In this document: one piece after another, positions 45,176 through 59,244 of the stretch
Position numbering within the stretch: the stretch's first letter is position 1
Layout: each line of letters begins with the position of its first letter
Source of the DNA: Eledone cirrhosa
Lineage: Eukaryota
Assembly (NCBI GenBank): GCA_964016885.1
Contig: OZ024742.1
Location: forward strand, 106,020,001 to 106,084,000
Direction of reading: 5' to 3'
DNA length: 64,000 nucleotides
The notes under the pieces: model-generated
The model's input: the letters and a program-made list of their open reading frames with translations, nothing else
The model's database searches: none
What the model was told of the DNA's origin: nothing
Made by a program: the position numbers and the translations under genes

Positions 45176-46133
45176 TTAAATCCCGCTGATATCCCGACTT
45201 TGTCTTTTACCCTTCTGGTTCGATGAAATAAAGAACCAGTCACGTACAGGAGTCGATATATTTGACCTTTTCTTCTTCTCAAGAATTGTTGACCTTGTGT
45301 CTAAATTAGAAATCATTACTGAGCTGTTGTTTGGGTCATAACTTAACAAAAGCTCTACATAAGATAGTGATGGATGGTATTAGAAATAGATACGAATACT
45401 TTAGAACGGACACTTTTGTATCATAAAACCAGGAGCGGTTTCGTGCGGTTTTTTTAAATCAAAATATTTAACATAATATTTAATCAGCATCCACGTAACA
45501 TCGGGTGATATCAACGCAATTTACTTTTATATTATTTCATTCGATTGGGCGCAACATAGCCGTATGGTTAAAGTGTTCGTTTTTCAATCATAAGGTTTTA
45601 GGTTCGATCCCATTGCGTAACAACTAGTAAGTGAAAGTAAGTAGACTTTTTGAAGCTAACCGAGAGAATGATGGAAAGCAATTACTCGAGATACCGAGCA
45701 ATGTATTCGAACCTTGTATCTCATGATTTCAAAGGGAGCAATTTAATTATTTAATGCCGTCTGCATCCAGAAGTGAATATGACCAAGCACGCACATACGA
45801 CTCCACGTGCGCACACATACGCCTCCACGCGCGCGCACACACACGCACACACACAAACGCACACAAATGCGCACATGTACATCTATATTTATATATGTAC
45901 ATGTGCCCATTTGTGTGCGTTTGTTTATAAATATAAATGTGTGTACGGGTTTGGTAGAGTGTGTGTAACCGTTCTTCTCAGCACGAATCGGAGCATGAAC
46001 ATGTTGCCTTTCAAATCTCAATAAGATATCAATCGGCTATTCATATTAATCTAACTCTCTTCCTATATCTCCCGCTCTCTTTCTCTTTTTCTTTTTTTTC
46101 TTTCTTTTTCACTCCTTCTTTCTCTCTTCCCAC

Positions 46134-46224
<91 letters not shown>

Positions 46225-46227
<3 letters not shown>

Positions 46228-46429
46228 GAATTTGTATTTAATTTGTTGGAATTCCGACAAACATAAATGCTTATAACTGATTTAGAGCACTCAACAATTT
46301 AGTGGAGTAAATATTCCAAGATATTAAATAAATGGAAACTATATTTATAAAACCATATTTATTTTATTATATTATATAATAAAATAAATATGGTTTTCGA
46401 AATATAGTTTCCATTTATTTAATATCTTG

Positions 46430-46432
<3 letters not shown>
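46225..46432 (-). mobile_element. Family B element folded back at helix III
   Basis: Tail 46225-46315, plus a palindrome centred on ttattatattatataataa (~46372). Confidence 0.75.
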
Positions 46433-46496
<64 letters not shown>

Positions 46497-46736
46497 AAGT
46501 GTGTAGCTACAATTGCAGGCGGTTCACCGGTCCAAGCGCTCGATGCCGTTACAAGGTCCGTTTCGTATTGGTTTGTACTCCAGACTTAATGTGACTATAG
46601 TGTGCAGAGTGTAAATAAAAGTAGGTAGGATCCAAGTCAATGTTGCAGCAGATATATATAAACTTTATTGGCATATTACAATTGCTTCTATATTGACCAG
46701 CTCAGGGTTCAAACATAATGACTAGAGCCCGACTTT

Positions 46737-46827
<91 letters not shown>

Positions 46828-46840
46828 AATGTATATATAT

Positions 46841-47039
46841 CAGAATGGAAGCGGTAAAAACCAGTTACACCATTACTCACCAGAGTACTCGATACTTGGG
46901 GTAGTAGAGTGTGTAATATGAAAAATTTTGGGACCCCGCCTGCTGAGCTCCTGGCGTTTCAACAGCTAGATCTGAATGTTCGGATTTAACTGTTGAATCA
47001 GCAGGGGCTCAGCCGTCGATTTCCGGAATTTTTCATATT
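46841..47039 (-). mobile_element. Family A fold-back element (diverged)
   Basis: Tail gagtactcgatacttggggtagtagagt plus degenerate arms. Confidence 0.65.
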
Positions 47040-48003
47040 GTGTGCATGTGATTTACAACAATACGACAAAGTCAAAGTGACAAAAAGGCAGCAAAAGATA
47101 AAATAAGAGATAAAGAAATAGATCTAGTTTAACTTTTAAATATGAATTTCAATGTTTAACCGTACATATGAGGAAGTGAGTGAAAAACTGGTAGGGGAAG
47201 AGATAAACACAGAGGAAGTGAAATAATTTGACGGATAGGTAGGTAGACCACGTTGGAGTATGCCTTGTTCTTGATAGACTGATAGATTATGTATTCACGA
47301 ACAACATTTTTCAAATATAAATATAGTCTGCTCATCTTGAAAGATATATAGGAGAACCTCCAGGACACATATATGCTTGCCTGTATGTATGTATGTGTGA
47401 GTGTTTGTCGTCGCCATCGTTGCCGAGAGCAATAGGAGTCGATGTAATTGGGTTGGCCCAATCAACAAACACTCAATGACAGAATGAATTCGTTGTCCCA
47501 ATTCTCTGTCGCCATTTTACCGTTTTCGTTTTGCCGTCGTGCTTTGGTGTCATGAAAAAAATGAGCAAAAACTTATAAAAATATAAGGTATATTTTATAA
47601 GAGCTTAATCGTTGAAAAGAATTCGTTACGAATATACCCGAAGTTTGATAGTAATCTAAATGGCTGTAAATTACAGTAGTAATATAAATGACTGAAAATA
47701 CCATAGTAAGAAATATTTAGATTCGTTGATATTGAGGACATATTACAACTGTGCAGCGTGAAATCAATAGCATATTACACGTTGAAACGGATACTGTGAT
47801 TTGTATATTTTCGTGGAAATAGTCACCTGGGGAATGCCATCGCTGATTCGACGGATTACTGAGGAATTCTACTGCCATTCAAATGCGAGTCAAAAGACGT
47901 GCCTCTCTCTACCTTGTAATCCAATCTACTGAAGATATAACCAAGCATACTCCAAATTGCATACAGTAGATTATTTCAAATATCCAAATTAATAGCCATG
48001 CAT

Positions 48004-48115
<112 letters not shown>

Positions 48116-48699
48116 TCAGACACAAACACACATCTGCATAAAACAAACATAGAGATTCTCTCTTTTTCTCCTATATCTCTCCTCCTCTTTCCCTAACCCC
48201 TTCTTTCTCAGTATTCTTTTACTTCATAATGCACAATAACGTTTCACGTGGTAGTTAGTATCGTGCTGAAAAATATCGTGACAGTAATATTGAGGATGGG
48301 GTTGTAATCGTCTTGTTTTGCCCTTACCACTGAAACACTAAGCACTACACCTTCAAATGTTCTAATATTTCTAATACCCACCTTGTCACTAATTCTCATC
48401 CATTTTCCATAAAATAGAAAAAATAAAAGATTCAAATAATCGACTGTGAAGGATTATATCGTGTTATTGGCGCCATGGGCGCAAACTGATTATCAGAAGT
48501 CCGTTACGTTCTTTGTACCACAAATGATGTTTAGCGAAATGTTTCATCTCATCAATGGTATTTAGTAGATGAAATGAAGATGATAGATGCAGAGAAAGAG
48601 AGGGGGGAGGCGGTGAAGAAAGAAATTCAAAGAGATAGAATATGAAGCAACAGTTCTGGTTAAATGGTGGTTTGTTCCTCACTTTAACTCCTCTAGATA

Positions 48700-48847
<148 letters not shown>

Positions 48848-48849
48848 TA

Positions 48850-48950
48850 TACAGGGTCTTCCCCAAAATATATGCACACTTTGATTACCTGTACCTGCAA
48901 TATTTATTAGAATGCTGTTGAAGTGTGTATACATTTTTTTTTGGGGGGGG
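48850..48950. mobile_element. Tc1/mariner-type MITE (same family as 1450-1557)
   Basis: Shares the internal tagaatgctgttgaagtgtgtatacatttt and the tacaggg end. Confidence 0.7.
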
Positions 48951-49059
48951 AGGGGGGGGGGGGCTTACATATATATATATGTATATATATAAATATAAAT
49001 TCAGCGAGAATCGCATTTCGGCGGGTAAAAAAAGCGAAACGTAACGCAAATTCCGAGTC

Positions 49060-49157
<98 letters not shown>

Positions 49158-49233
49158 ATACTTGGGGAGGGTCATATTTGTGTAATATTGCCAGAATTAA
49201 TAACAGATTCATCAATAAACTAATTCATCGCCG

Positions 49234-49271
<38 letters not shown>

Positions 49272-49558
49272 CAAAGAGGGTGTGGTAAGATAGCAGGTGG
49301 ACCATAACGCACCCGAGTACTCAATACTAATATATCTGACGATGTTGCAGATGTGCAACGAAAGAACTTATAGAAGACTATATATATGTGTTTGTATCTA
49401 TATTATATCCGTATTTTTGACCGTTGGTCAGTCAATGGTAAACATTGAGGACCGAATAAATTAACTGATATAAAAGATACAGAAGAGGAAACCAACCAAA
49501 CAGTGAGTGTGTTCTGTTATTAATTCTGGCAATATTACACAAATATGACCCTCCCCAA

Positions 49559-49604
<46 letters not shown>

Positions 49605-49824
49605 TTGGGGAGGGTCATATTTGTGTAATATTGCCAGAATTAATAACAGATTCTGGCAATATTACATTGCCAGAATTAATAACAGAACACACTCACTGTT
49701 TGGTTGGTTTTCTCTTCTACTCACCATCCATGACTACAACCCCATTACGCAATAGGCTTTGCTCTACCCTCTTCCTTATTTCCTTGACCTTAAACACTCA
49801 AACTATCCAACAATATGACGTGTA

Positions 49825-50003
49825 TGTGAATTGGCAGTATTGGTAGAGGGTCGGACATCTTTTCCAGCGTAGTTACGTCCCTTTACGATCTGTGTTCAAA
49901 TCCCGCCGAGGTTAACTTTGCCTTTCATCCTTACAGGGTCGATAAAATAAAGTACCAGTAATACACTGGGTAATTGCTGACCTTGTGCCAAAAGTAGAAA
50001 CAA
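49825..50003 (+). mobile_element. SINE S1, full length
   Basis: Matches the S1 consensus; TSD aatatgacgtg. Confidence 0.9.
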
Positions 50004-52086
50004 TATGACGTGCATATATATATATATATATATATATGTACATTGATAATTTGCGGTACTAGGTCCAGGAAGATCACAAATCAAAGAAGTACTCGTTACA
50101 TGGCATGATGCGGAGTGGGTATTTTAGTAAAAGTAAAGGATCTAGTGCGAGCTCGGCGGTTTCAGCTAGTTTCAGCTAGTCACCTGTTGAGAAGCAGTAA
50201 CTTGCCTAAACCCCCGTACTCGCAATCGATCCTCTACTTTTACTAATATATACATATGTGTGTGCGTCTATGTGTGTGAGGATGAAATGTCAGTCTACAT
50301 CTACTCTGAGTTTTACCGTTCATTTCGTATGTGTGTATATATACATACACACATATTTATATTTAGATATGTGTGCGTGTCCGTGTGCGCCCCTGTGTGT
50401 ATGAAACTGATAAAATGAGGAATATGCATTCGTGTTACTGCGTTTGAACTTACATTTAAGAAGAGGTTCATACCCTCGTATGTAAAGTGATTTAGTTTCC
50501 TGTCTTAGCATAGGATCGTACCTTTAACGTGTATGTGCGGTGTAAGAGTGATGACTTGAGCTCGAATCTACTATATGTAAATCGTAGTGTTACCGGGTAG
50601 ATAGGGATCTCATTTTTTAATGCATATAACCTCGGATAGTGTCCCAGTTAGAAATTGCTTCAATGTCCGATTCATATGTGAGGGCTATTATTTTAACATA
50701 ATATTGTATATGTAATAAACAAAAATTCAATAAAACAAAAATTTAGAGCACCTAAATATATAGTTACATGCTGTTCAGGAGCCGCAGATTTCTGATCCAT
50801 GTTCTAGATAGACAAAATCCACAGTGAGGGTCATGACTGGACCTCCTTTCATCAAATGCCTGCTTGATCAGGATTGACTTGTGACTAAACAACTGTAACA
50901 ATAACTGCTGGTGTCACCTCAACAGAACACCGCTATAATTATAACTCAGAAATCTACTTATGATTTAGCACTGTGTGAACGAAGCATGTTGGAAATATTA
51001 AAAGTTCACTTCACACAGTTAGATCCCGAGTTCGAACCTACTGATGGCATCTTGGGCAATTGTCATTTACCATAGTCCCAGATCGGCCTATGGCAGGTGG
51101 GAGAAATTTAGTAGACGGAAAGTGTTTGGAAACCCGTCAAAGGGCCAGCCTTGTCACAGACTTACGTTGAATCTCCTGGACAATTACGTTATGAGTAGGA
51201 GTCTGTGGAATGCTCGGCAACTTAGCTAGTAATTTCAAAAGCAGGTTGTTTCATTGATCGAACAAATGGAACACTCAGCGTCGAAACCGATGAAGGTCCA
51301 TTCCACTTACCACTGCTAAGTTTAAAATAACCATCAGTAGTTTCCATGAAAAGTAGGACCACTGCTTGAAGTTAGTATCAGCAGTATCACCACGACCACT
51401 CACATCACCACCACCATCACCACCACTGCCCCCTATCATCAGCATCGCCACCGCCATTACAATCACCAGCATCGCCTCCAACACCACTACCACAATGAAC
51501 GTTCCACCGTCACCACCACCACAACCAGCTTCACCTCCAACACCACTACCTCCATAAACGTCCCACCGTCACCACCACCACAACCAGCATCATCCCCAAC
51601 ACCACTACTTCCACGAACATCACCGCCACCATAACCACGAACACCACCACCGTCCCCGCCACCACCACTACGAACATCAGTAACAAGATCAGTGAGTTAA
51701 CTTCAGTTATTTCTGGTAACGACGACCATTTTAAAAGATTTTTTTTTATTTCATTTTAGCCTAGTTTGTTGCGTGAGTACGTGTGCGTGCATGTGTGTGT
51801 GTGTGTGTGAAAAAGGGAGAGAGAAAAAGAGAGAAAGAGAGAGAGAAGGAGAGAGAGAGAGAGAGAGAAAGAGAGAAAGAGAGAGAGAGAGAGAGAGTAT
51901 GTGAACGTGTGTGTACAGAGTGAGGGAGGAGGATTTCTTCACGGTTGGTTGGTTTTCTGTGGGAATTGGCACCATACTGGTTAGGTCGGGGTTGGGATCC
52001 TATTGCAGACCTGGGGGGTACACACACATAAACCACGTACATACGCTACGCTCCCTTATATATATACATACATATATGTATGTATG

Positions 52087-52117
<31 letters not shown>

Positions 52118-52118
52118 T

Positions 52119-52158
<40 letters not shown>

Positions 52159-52212
52159 ATTATATATATATATATATATATATATAAATATATATATATA
52201 TAAATATATATA

Positions 52213-52266
<54 letters not shown>

Positions 52267-52267
52267 A

Positions 52268-52347
<80 letters not shown>

Positions 52348-52455
52348 TATATATATATATAAATATATATACGTATATATATATATATATATATATATAG
52401 GAAAATGTTTGACCCCGACGGCAGAGCTCAAGCCGTTTCGACGGCTACCCCTTCG

Positions 52456-52494
<39 letters not shown>

Positions 52495-52543
52495 TCGAAT
52501 ATATACAGTTGAAAATTGCAAACTTGACTGTCACCACTGAATA

Positions 52544-52582
52544 TGAACCTGAAGATTGCGAAAGCATGAAAGTACTTGTTCA
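52544..52582 (+). ncRNA. Minimal type I hammerhead ribozyme motif (39 nt)
   Basis: tgaac-CTGAAGA-t-tgc-gaaa-gca-t-GAAA-GTAC-TT-gttca: 5-bp stem I, GNRA-capped stem II, palindromic GTAC helix III. Confidence 0.7.
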
Positions 52583-53042
52583 ATTAACATTTAATATTCT
52601 ACCATACTATTTCATTATAATATTATTATAATTTTAAAGGATTGTAAATAAAACGAGTTAATCTTTTCCTCTCTTTACGTTGAATTACTACCATGTTGTT
52701 TGTTTACTTTCCCCTTCCAATTCGCTCTGTCCCGATAACTTATTTTAGTTATCGCCCGCACTAATTTTGAGGTATCTAGTCTTTAATGCGAAGAAATACC
52801 AATGATAATCAGCAGACTACTGATGATGGACAGTCCCGTTCCTCGGTCTATTTTCATATATATATATATATATATATTTTTTATTAAAATAACAGATTAA
52901 AGTTCAAGCAAAGAATCGCTGCTTTCACCCTTAACGGGATCTTTTTTAATAAATATTTGCTCTACAGTTCTTATATATTTGATATATATTTATCCTCATC
53001 GAGCCCTCTTTGGATTTTAGTCTTCAAATTTATTATTATTAC

Positions 53043-53169
<127 letters not shown>

Positions 53170-53365
53170 TTTCCTCGCGAGCCAGTTCTTTCGTTGCTAC
53201 GGACCCCGGCTGAATTACCGGTCGCTATCTTCAATTTGCAAAGCCCTTTAAACTGTATGTTATTACGCTAAGGCTTTATACCTTGTTGAGTGCTTGGCTG
53301 CACTGCTGAAGGCTTTCGTCGGCTTAGCTGAGACTCGAGCTTCGAATATGCTGTACTTTCATTTG

Positions 53366-53410
<45 letters not shown>

Positions 53411-53534
53411 GAGGATCTTTGTATCACTGGTTTGAAATAAAATGAAGCGGAAAGAGTACTCAATATGTTAAATAGAGTTGAATTATATATAGTTTATTGG
53501 TGTATAACGTTTAGTTATTATTGGTTTACCAAGG

Positions 53535-53966
53535 GATGGTGGATTGGCAGTATCGGTAAAGGTCGGACGCCATACTTTCCAGCATAGTTACGTCCTTTTA
53601 CGGTCTGAGATCAAATCCCGCCGAGGTTAACTTTGCCTTTCACCCTTACAGGGTCGATAAAATAAAGTACCAGTAATGTACTGGGTAATTGGTGGCCTTG
53701 TGCCTAAAGTAGAAACAATTATTTGTTTACCAGTTTGAGCACCGAATGTCAATATGGGTCCGGTTGATAATGGTTTCTTATATAGTCACAAGGCCAGTCA
53801 TTATTTTTTTTGGGGGGGAGGGATACTTTATGGTACTTTATTTTATCGACCCCGTAAGGATGAAAGGCAAAGTTAACCTCGGCGGGATTTGAACTCAGAC
53901 TGTAAAGGGTCGTAACTCTATGCTATAAAGCATGGCGTCCGACCCTCTACCGATACTGCCAATCCG
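53535..53966. mobile_element. Convergent pair of S1 SINEs (+ 53535-53721, - ~53770-53966)
   Basis: Both match the S1 consensus in opposite orientations. Confidence 0.9.
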
Positions 53967-53981
53967 TAGGGAAAAGGTACC

Positions 53982-54202
53982 ATTATGTTTATTTATGTGT
54001 GACGCACGTTTCGCGATCGATCAGCTCAATGTACGATAGGGCCGGACTCTGCAATCAATAACTCATCATATTTGTTGAATCCTTCATTAAGGAATTCACA
54101 AGTCTGATGAGATATAGATTCCAGTGTCGAACCCAATCGATATCGATCGTACCTTGAGCTGATTGATCGCGAAATGCGCGTCAGGCGTGACTAAACATAA
54201 TG
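53982..54202. mobile_element. Fold-back element with two opposed, degenerate hammerhead motifs (family C-related)
   Basis: + strand: CTGATGA 54104...GAAA 54171-tgcgcg-TC. - strand: ATGATGA...GAAA-cgtgcg-TC. Terminal cattatgttta/taaacataatg are inverted. Confidence 0.65.
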
Positions 54203-54231
54203 ATGCTATATTGGTACCACGTTCCTGCTCC

Positions 54232-54368
54232 TAGTGAATTGGCAGTATCGGTAGAGTGTCGGACAATATGCTTTGTGGAATAGAGTCACGACCCTTTACG
54301 TTCTGAGTTCGAATCCCACCGGGGTTAGTTTTGCCTTTCATCTTTACTGGGTCAATAAAATAAAGTAC
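54232..54368 (+). mobile_element. SINE S1, 3'-truncated
   Basis: A/B boxes and core run into a (TAC)n tract. Confidence 0.8.
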
Positions 54369-54887
54369 TACTACTACTACTACTACTATATATATATGTA
54401 TATATATATATATATATATTACTATATATATATTATATATATTAAATATATATATATATATATATATAGTAGTGTCAAATGTTTCCGTAGACTAGATAAA
54501 GGGGAAAAGAACTGTATGTTATGTACAAAGCTAAAAGTATATTATTATGAATAAATTCTCAACATCTTATGTTTCAAAATCTACTTTATCATAGGTCTTA
54601 ATGACCGCATATGTGTTAGTGTTACTTATCTTTCAGGCAAAACTGAATGGTTCTTACCCACCATCACAACTTCTGCAAGACCTTTATACAAACATACATT
54701 CCTCAAGCTGTAAACTCCAGCCGGTTGTTCATGTGTGTATGAGTGGCAAATACTGGTAAGACTATACCTCACTGAGGAGATGTAATAAAACTGAAATATA
54801 TTCAGAATTATCCCCGTAGTTGCCAAACAATAGATTCACTTGACTCTCTATAGCACGTCATCAATCGAATATTAATTTGGAATTCGA

Positions 54888-55022
54888 AGGCTCATCAGAC
54901 TGATGCTTATCCCAGTTTTCGTGGCGTTAAACGATTGAGAGTACAATACTCCCCCCTGGACAGGACGCCAGCCCATTGTAGAGTTAAATCCCAGCTATTG
55001 CTGGTACTCATTATGCTGAGTA
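54888..55022 (-). mobile_element. SINE/L2-type 3' fragment
   Basis: Minus strand reads aatgagtaccagc...atgggctggcgtcctgtccagggg...ctgggataagc..ctgatgagcc, resembling V-/L2-tailed SINE ends. Confidence 0.45.
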
Positions 55023-55082
55023 TACTGAACTACGCGCCGTCGCTTTTCTCTACCATAATTTATCATTAATAATTACAGTGAA

Positions 55083-55273
55083 GGGCGGTGGATAGGCAGT
55101 ATCGGTAGAGGGTCGGACGCCATGCTTTGACGCATAGAGTTACGCCCCTTTCCATTCCGAGTTCAAATCCCGCCGAGGTTAACTTTGCCTTTCATCCTTA
55201 CGGGGTCGACAAAATAAAGTACCAGTAATGCACTGGGTAATTGCTGGCCTTGTGCCAAAAGCAGAAACAATTA
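55083..55273 (+). mobile_element. SINE S1, full length, with 13-bp TSD
   Basis: attacagtgaagg on both flanks. Confidence 0.92.
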
Positions 55274-55606
55274 TTACAGTGAAGGATTTTGAAGCACATT
55301 TTATGAATCGAATATTTTCTTTGGTATTCGTTGCATTATATAGGTCAGTTCTCACTTGACTATAAGGGCTCATGTATATAATAGAAGAGGGAGAGAGTGA
55401 TATAATAGAGAGAGAGCGAGAGAGAGACATGCATATATGTTATATATACAGGCACATGTTCACATGTTCACATGTTCAAACCAATATCTATGTACATGTA
55501 TATATTTGCATACATATGTGGCGTACATACACACACATATATGTGTATGTGTGTGTGTGCATGTATGTGTGTGCATATATGTATGTGTGTGTATATATAT
55601 ATATAC

Positions 55607-55798
55607 AGGAACGAGTAGGAACCCGTAGGCTGAGCTCAAGCCGTTTCGACGGCTAATTCTGAACTAAAATTAACCGTCGAAACGGCTTGAGCTCAGCCGT
55701 CGGGGTCCTACTCGTTCCTATTACCCACTCTACTACCCTAAGTATTGAGTACTTTGGTGCGTTATGGTCCACCTGGTTCCTTACCACATTTCCTTCGT

Positions 55799-55800
<2 letters not shown>
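55607..55800 (+). mobile_element. Family A fold-back element
   Basis: Inverted arm 55607-55660, direct arm with GAAA at 55679, ~80-bp tail ending in (TA)n. Confidence 0.8.
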
Positions 55801-55837
<37 letters not shown>

Positions 55838-55904
55838 GTCTGGGTGTGTGTATGCATGCGTCAGTCAGTGAGTGCGTATATACAGAAGGTGACAGAAACG
55901 TAGA

Positions 55905-55939
<35 letters not shown>

Positions 55940-56262
55940 CTTCTCTCCTGCACCATCCTAGGTAATTTATACAGATGCCTGTCACCTCCAGCCGACATTC
56001 AATTGTCATCCACCACCCTTCAAGCTCCCTTCAAGATGAATCTTCTTAAGTAGTTTCAGAAATGGGAAACCTCAGAGACATCAGACTGACTATCAGTTAT
56101 CGGACAATTAATCTGATTTTTTTTCACATGTCAATGACGTCATCATTGACATGTCGTTAAGCTTAAAAACATGCTTAACGTTAAATGCTTTCCGTCAAAA
56201 TAAAGTCTGGCGTCTTGCTTCGTTCGACGTTTCTTCACTGCTGCTGATGCTTCTCTGTGCGC

Positions 56263-56393
<131 letters not shown>

Positions 56394-56967
56394 CGCGCGT
56401 ACGTGTGTGTGTGTGTTCGTCTGTGTGTGTGTGTTAGTGTTAGTGTTTGCTTGTCTGCGTGAATGCATGTGTATGATTGTATATGTGAGCGACGGATGCG
56501 TGTGGCGTGTTCAAAGGAAGAGGGGTTGTATAAAAACCCCTTTGGGTAATTTCCATGTTATATTTATTACCGACAGAAACGACTCCCCCAGCCCCACACC
56601 CACGATATTAATTACCAAGTAGTAGTTTGATGTCAGTACGAAAGCAGTCTCTCTCTTCATATATATATACATATATATATATATTAATGTGTGTGTGTGT
56701 GTGTGTGTATATACCTTCTCTTCTTGTCAATCGACTTTCCTCAAATCGGACCGAGGAAACAATGTTTCCAATTGCTAATACTATCTATCTGTCGCAACTC
56801 CAGGTAGAAGGAGCAACGTGAAATAAAGTGTCTTGCCATATATATATAAGAATCGAAGTACAGAAGTGCAGCATATGTACACATTTTATTTGCATATTAC
56901 AATTGTTTCGATATCGAATGGCGTACCGCCTGTAACTATTGTTACACACTTAACATATATAAATATA

Positions 56968-57053
56968 TACAGGTGTCCCTCTCCCCAAAAATGCATACAC
57001 ACTTTGATTAGAATGCTGTTGAAGTGTGTATACATTTTTTGGAGACACCCTGT
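56968..57053. mobile_element. Tc1/mariner-type MITE (same family as 1450-1557)
   Basis: tacaggtgtccc...gacaccctgt TIRs with the same internal sequence, internally shortened. Confidence 0.7.
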
Positions 57054-57060
57054 GTGTGTG

Positions 57061-57146
<86 letters not shown>

Positions 57147-58627
57147 CACACATACAGGCCCGTTCGTGTGTGTATGACATTAAGGGTTGGCTATGACTCC
57201 TAGTTTCGCCTCGATAGGCTAATTCAGGCAATTCATTCAAATACAAAAGCATTGAATAACCGCATCAAAAACGAAATTTAAGGTCACAAATACTCGATAT
57301 AGATATAGCTATAGATCAAATTCTGAATATTGACGTAGAGAATTTTCTCGCGAGTAAACTAGCTCGATGACTAATTTACAGTTGCAAACCATCAGTGATA
57401 ATATTCACCATGGTATGGTGACCCACTGGGTAACACTATTGGATCTACAAGAAGTTGTAATACTCTATGATAGATTAAGGTTGGTTAACTTTAAATAGCA
57501 TTCTCTCTTCTCAACTATCGTTGAGGTTTCGTTGGATCAAAGGTTCAAGGATACAGATGTCCATGTCTGCTTCACGACTACATAGACTCCTAAAACAGAA
57601 CTGAATATATGCTGCAGGAAAAGGTAATGTCCAGTGGCAGGGCCCGAGTGGTGAAGTTAGAATGCTTACAGAGCTGGACACTGCAAGACAGAAATCTGCA
57701 GATTTAACAACGTTAATAACTTGTTAATCGATGACTGAAATCTATTAACAATGAACGAGCTAATGATGTTGGTGTGGCAGAACCCCAGTGACCTCCTTGA
57801 TTGGATTGACACACAGTAGAGGATTTTAAAACCAAGTCCATCCCGTCTTTTATATGGTTATATAAGATTACATTATTCGAAGTGTCGTTTCGTATGATGG
57901 ATAATTTATAATTGGTTGTTATTTCTAGTAGGTCGCGATACAACGCAGATGCTTTCAAGTTGGCTGGGAAACAAATAGGTTTCACCCATCTGTTCACCGT
58001 ATTTACTGAAACAATATGTGATGAACATTCGTTCGGTCAAGGTGAACATCGTACTATTATATATGCCATGTGTTTAAATAACTTTACATGCTGTTTATAC
58101 ATGTTTATACGTTGAACACGTGAAATAAGATTTAGAACATAAATGTTAATCAGTTCGAAAACACCAAAATATGGCTACACTAAAATAACATCCAAGCAAT
58201 ACTTTCTCTACGGTGTGACCATTTCTCCTTTCTTCCGTCACTGATTTCTCCAATCCATGGCTTCCTGCTCAATTTTATTTCAATTCTGTTCCGGCCTGGC
58301 ATCTTTCTATAAGTTTGCGCATATATATATATATGTCGAAATGTTGGATAAATACTCGATTGAGGCCGCCGCGAAGAGGCTACGTTCGGTTATTTGTCGG
58401 AGATTTCTCCATAAGAGCATTTATTCTTATAGCTTGTTCTAATTGATTTTTATATGGTTAATTATGCTAATTAGAAGAAGAAATAGTATATATTTTATTA
58501 TCTGATGATTCTAAAGACATGATTTATGATATATTGCTCTGATTTTTTAATTTATTAATTCTTCATAGAGTTTAAAAGTGACCAGTTGCAACATGTATAT
58601 ATCTATAACTTTATGTATATGTTAACC

Positions 58628-58685
<58 letters not shown>

Positions 58686-58958
58686 AAATGACAAAAAACA
58701 AACAAACGCAGAAGTCAATAGTACATAGCGTTATTAGCTTCACGCTTGGTGAGAATGGGGGAGGTTACGACGTTTCGGACATAAGTCCTTCATCAGGAAA
58801 GTAGGGAGGAAATCCGAGAAGGATTAAAGAGAGAGGGTTAACAGGAAAAGCATGAAAGAACGGAAATGAAAGAGTCGGTACCCCAACGGCTGAGCTCTTG
58901 CCATATCGAGTTCTCTGGTGAGTAATGATCTAACAGATTTTTACTGCATACGTTTTGA

Positions 58959-59001
<43 letters not shown>

Positions 59002-59005
<4 letters not shown>

Positions 59006-59140
59006 CGAAGGAAATGTGGTAAAGAACCAGATGGACCATAACGCACCAAAGTACTCAATACTTGGGGTAGTAGAGTGGGTAATAGGAACAAGTAGGGCCC
59101 CGACGGCTGAGCTCAGCCGTCGGGGTCCTACATGTTCCTA
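59002..59140 (-). mobile_element. Family A element folded back at the GAGCTC loop
   Basis: gg.cccgacggct-GAGCTC-agccgtcggggtcc with the axis at 59109-59114. Confidence 0.8.
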
Positions 59141-59147
59141 TACACAC

Positions 59148-59206
<59 letters not shown>

Positions 59207-59207
59207 A

Positions 59208-59244
<37 letters not shown>

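Noticed and set aside
54637-54755. Possible exon (tttcAG...GTAAGA)
   Set aside because: In phase with the netrin exon it hits a stop codon, and no frame resembles netrin EGF2.
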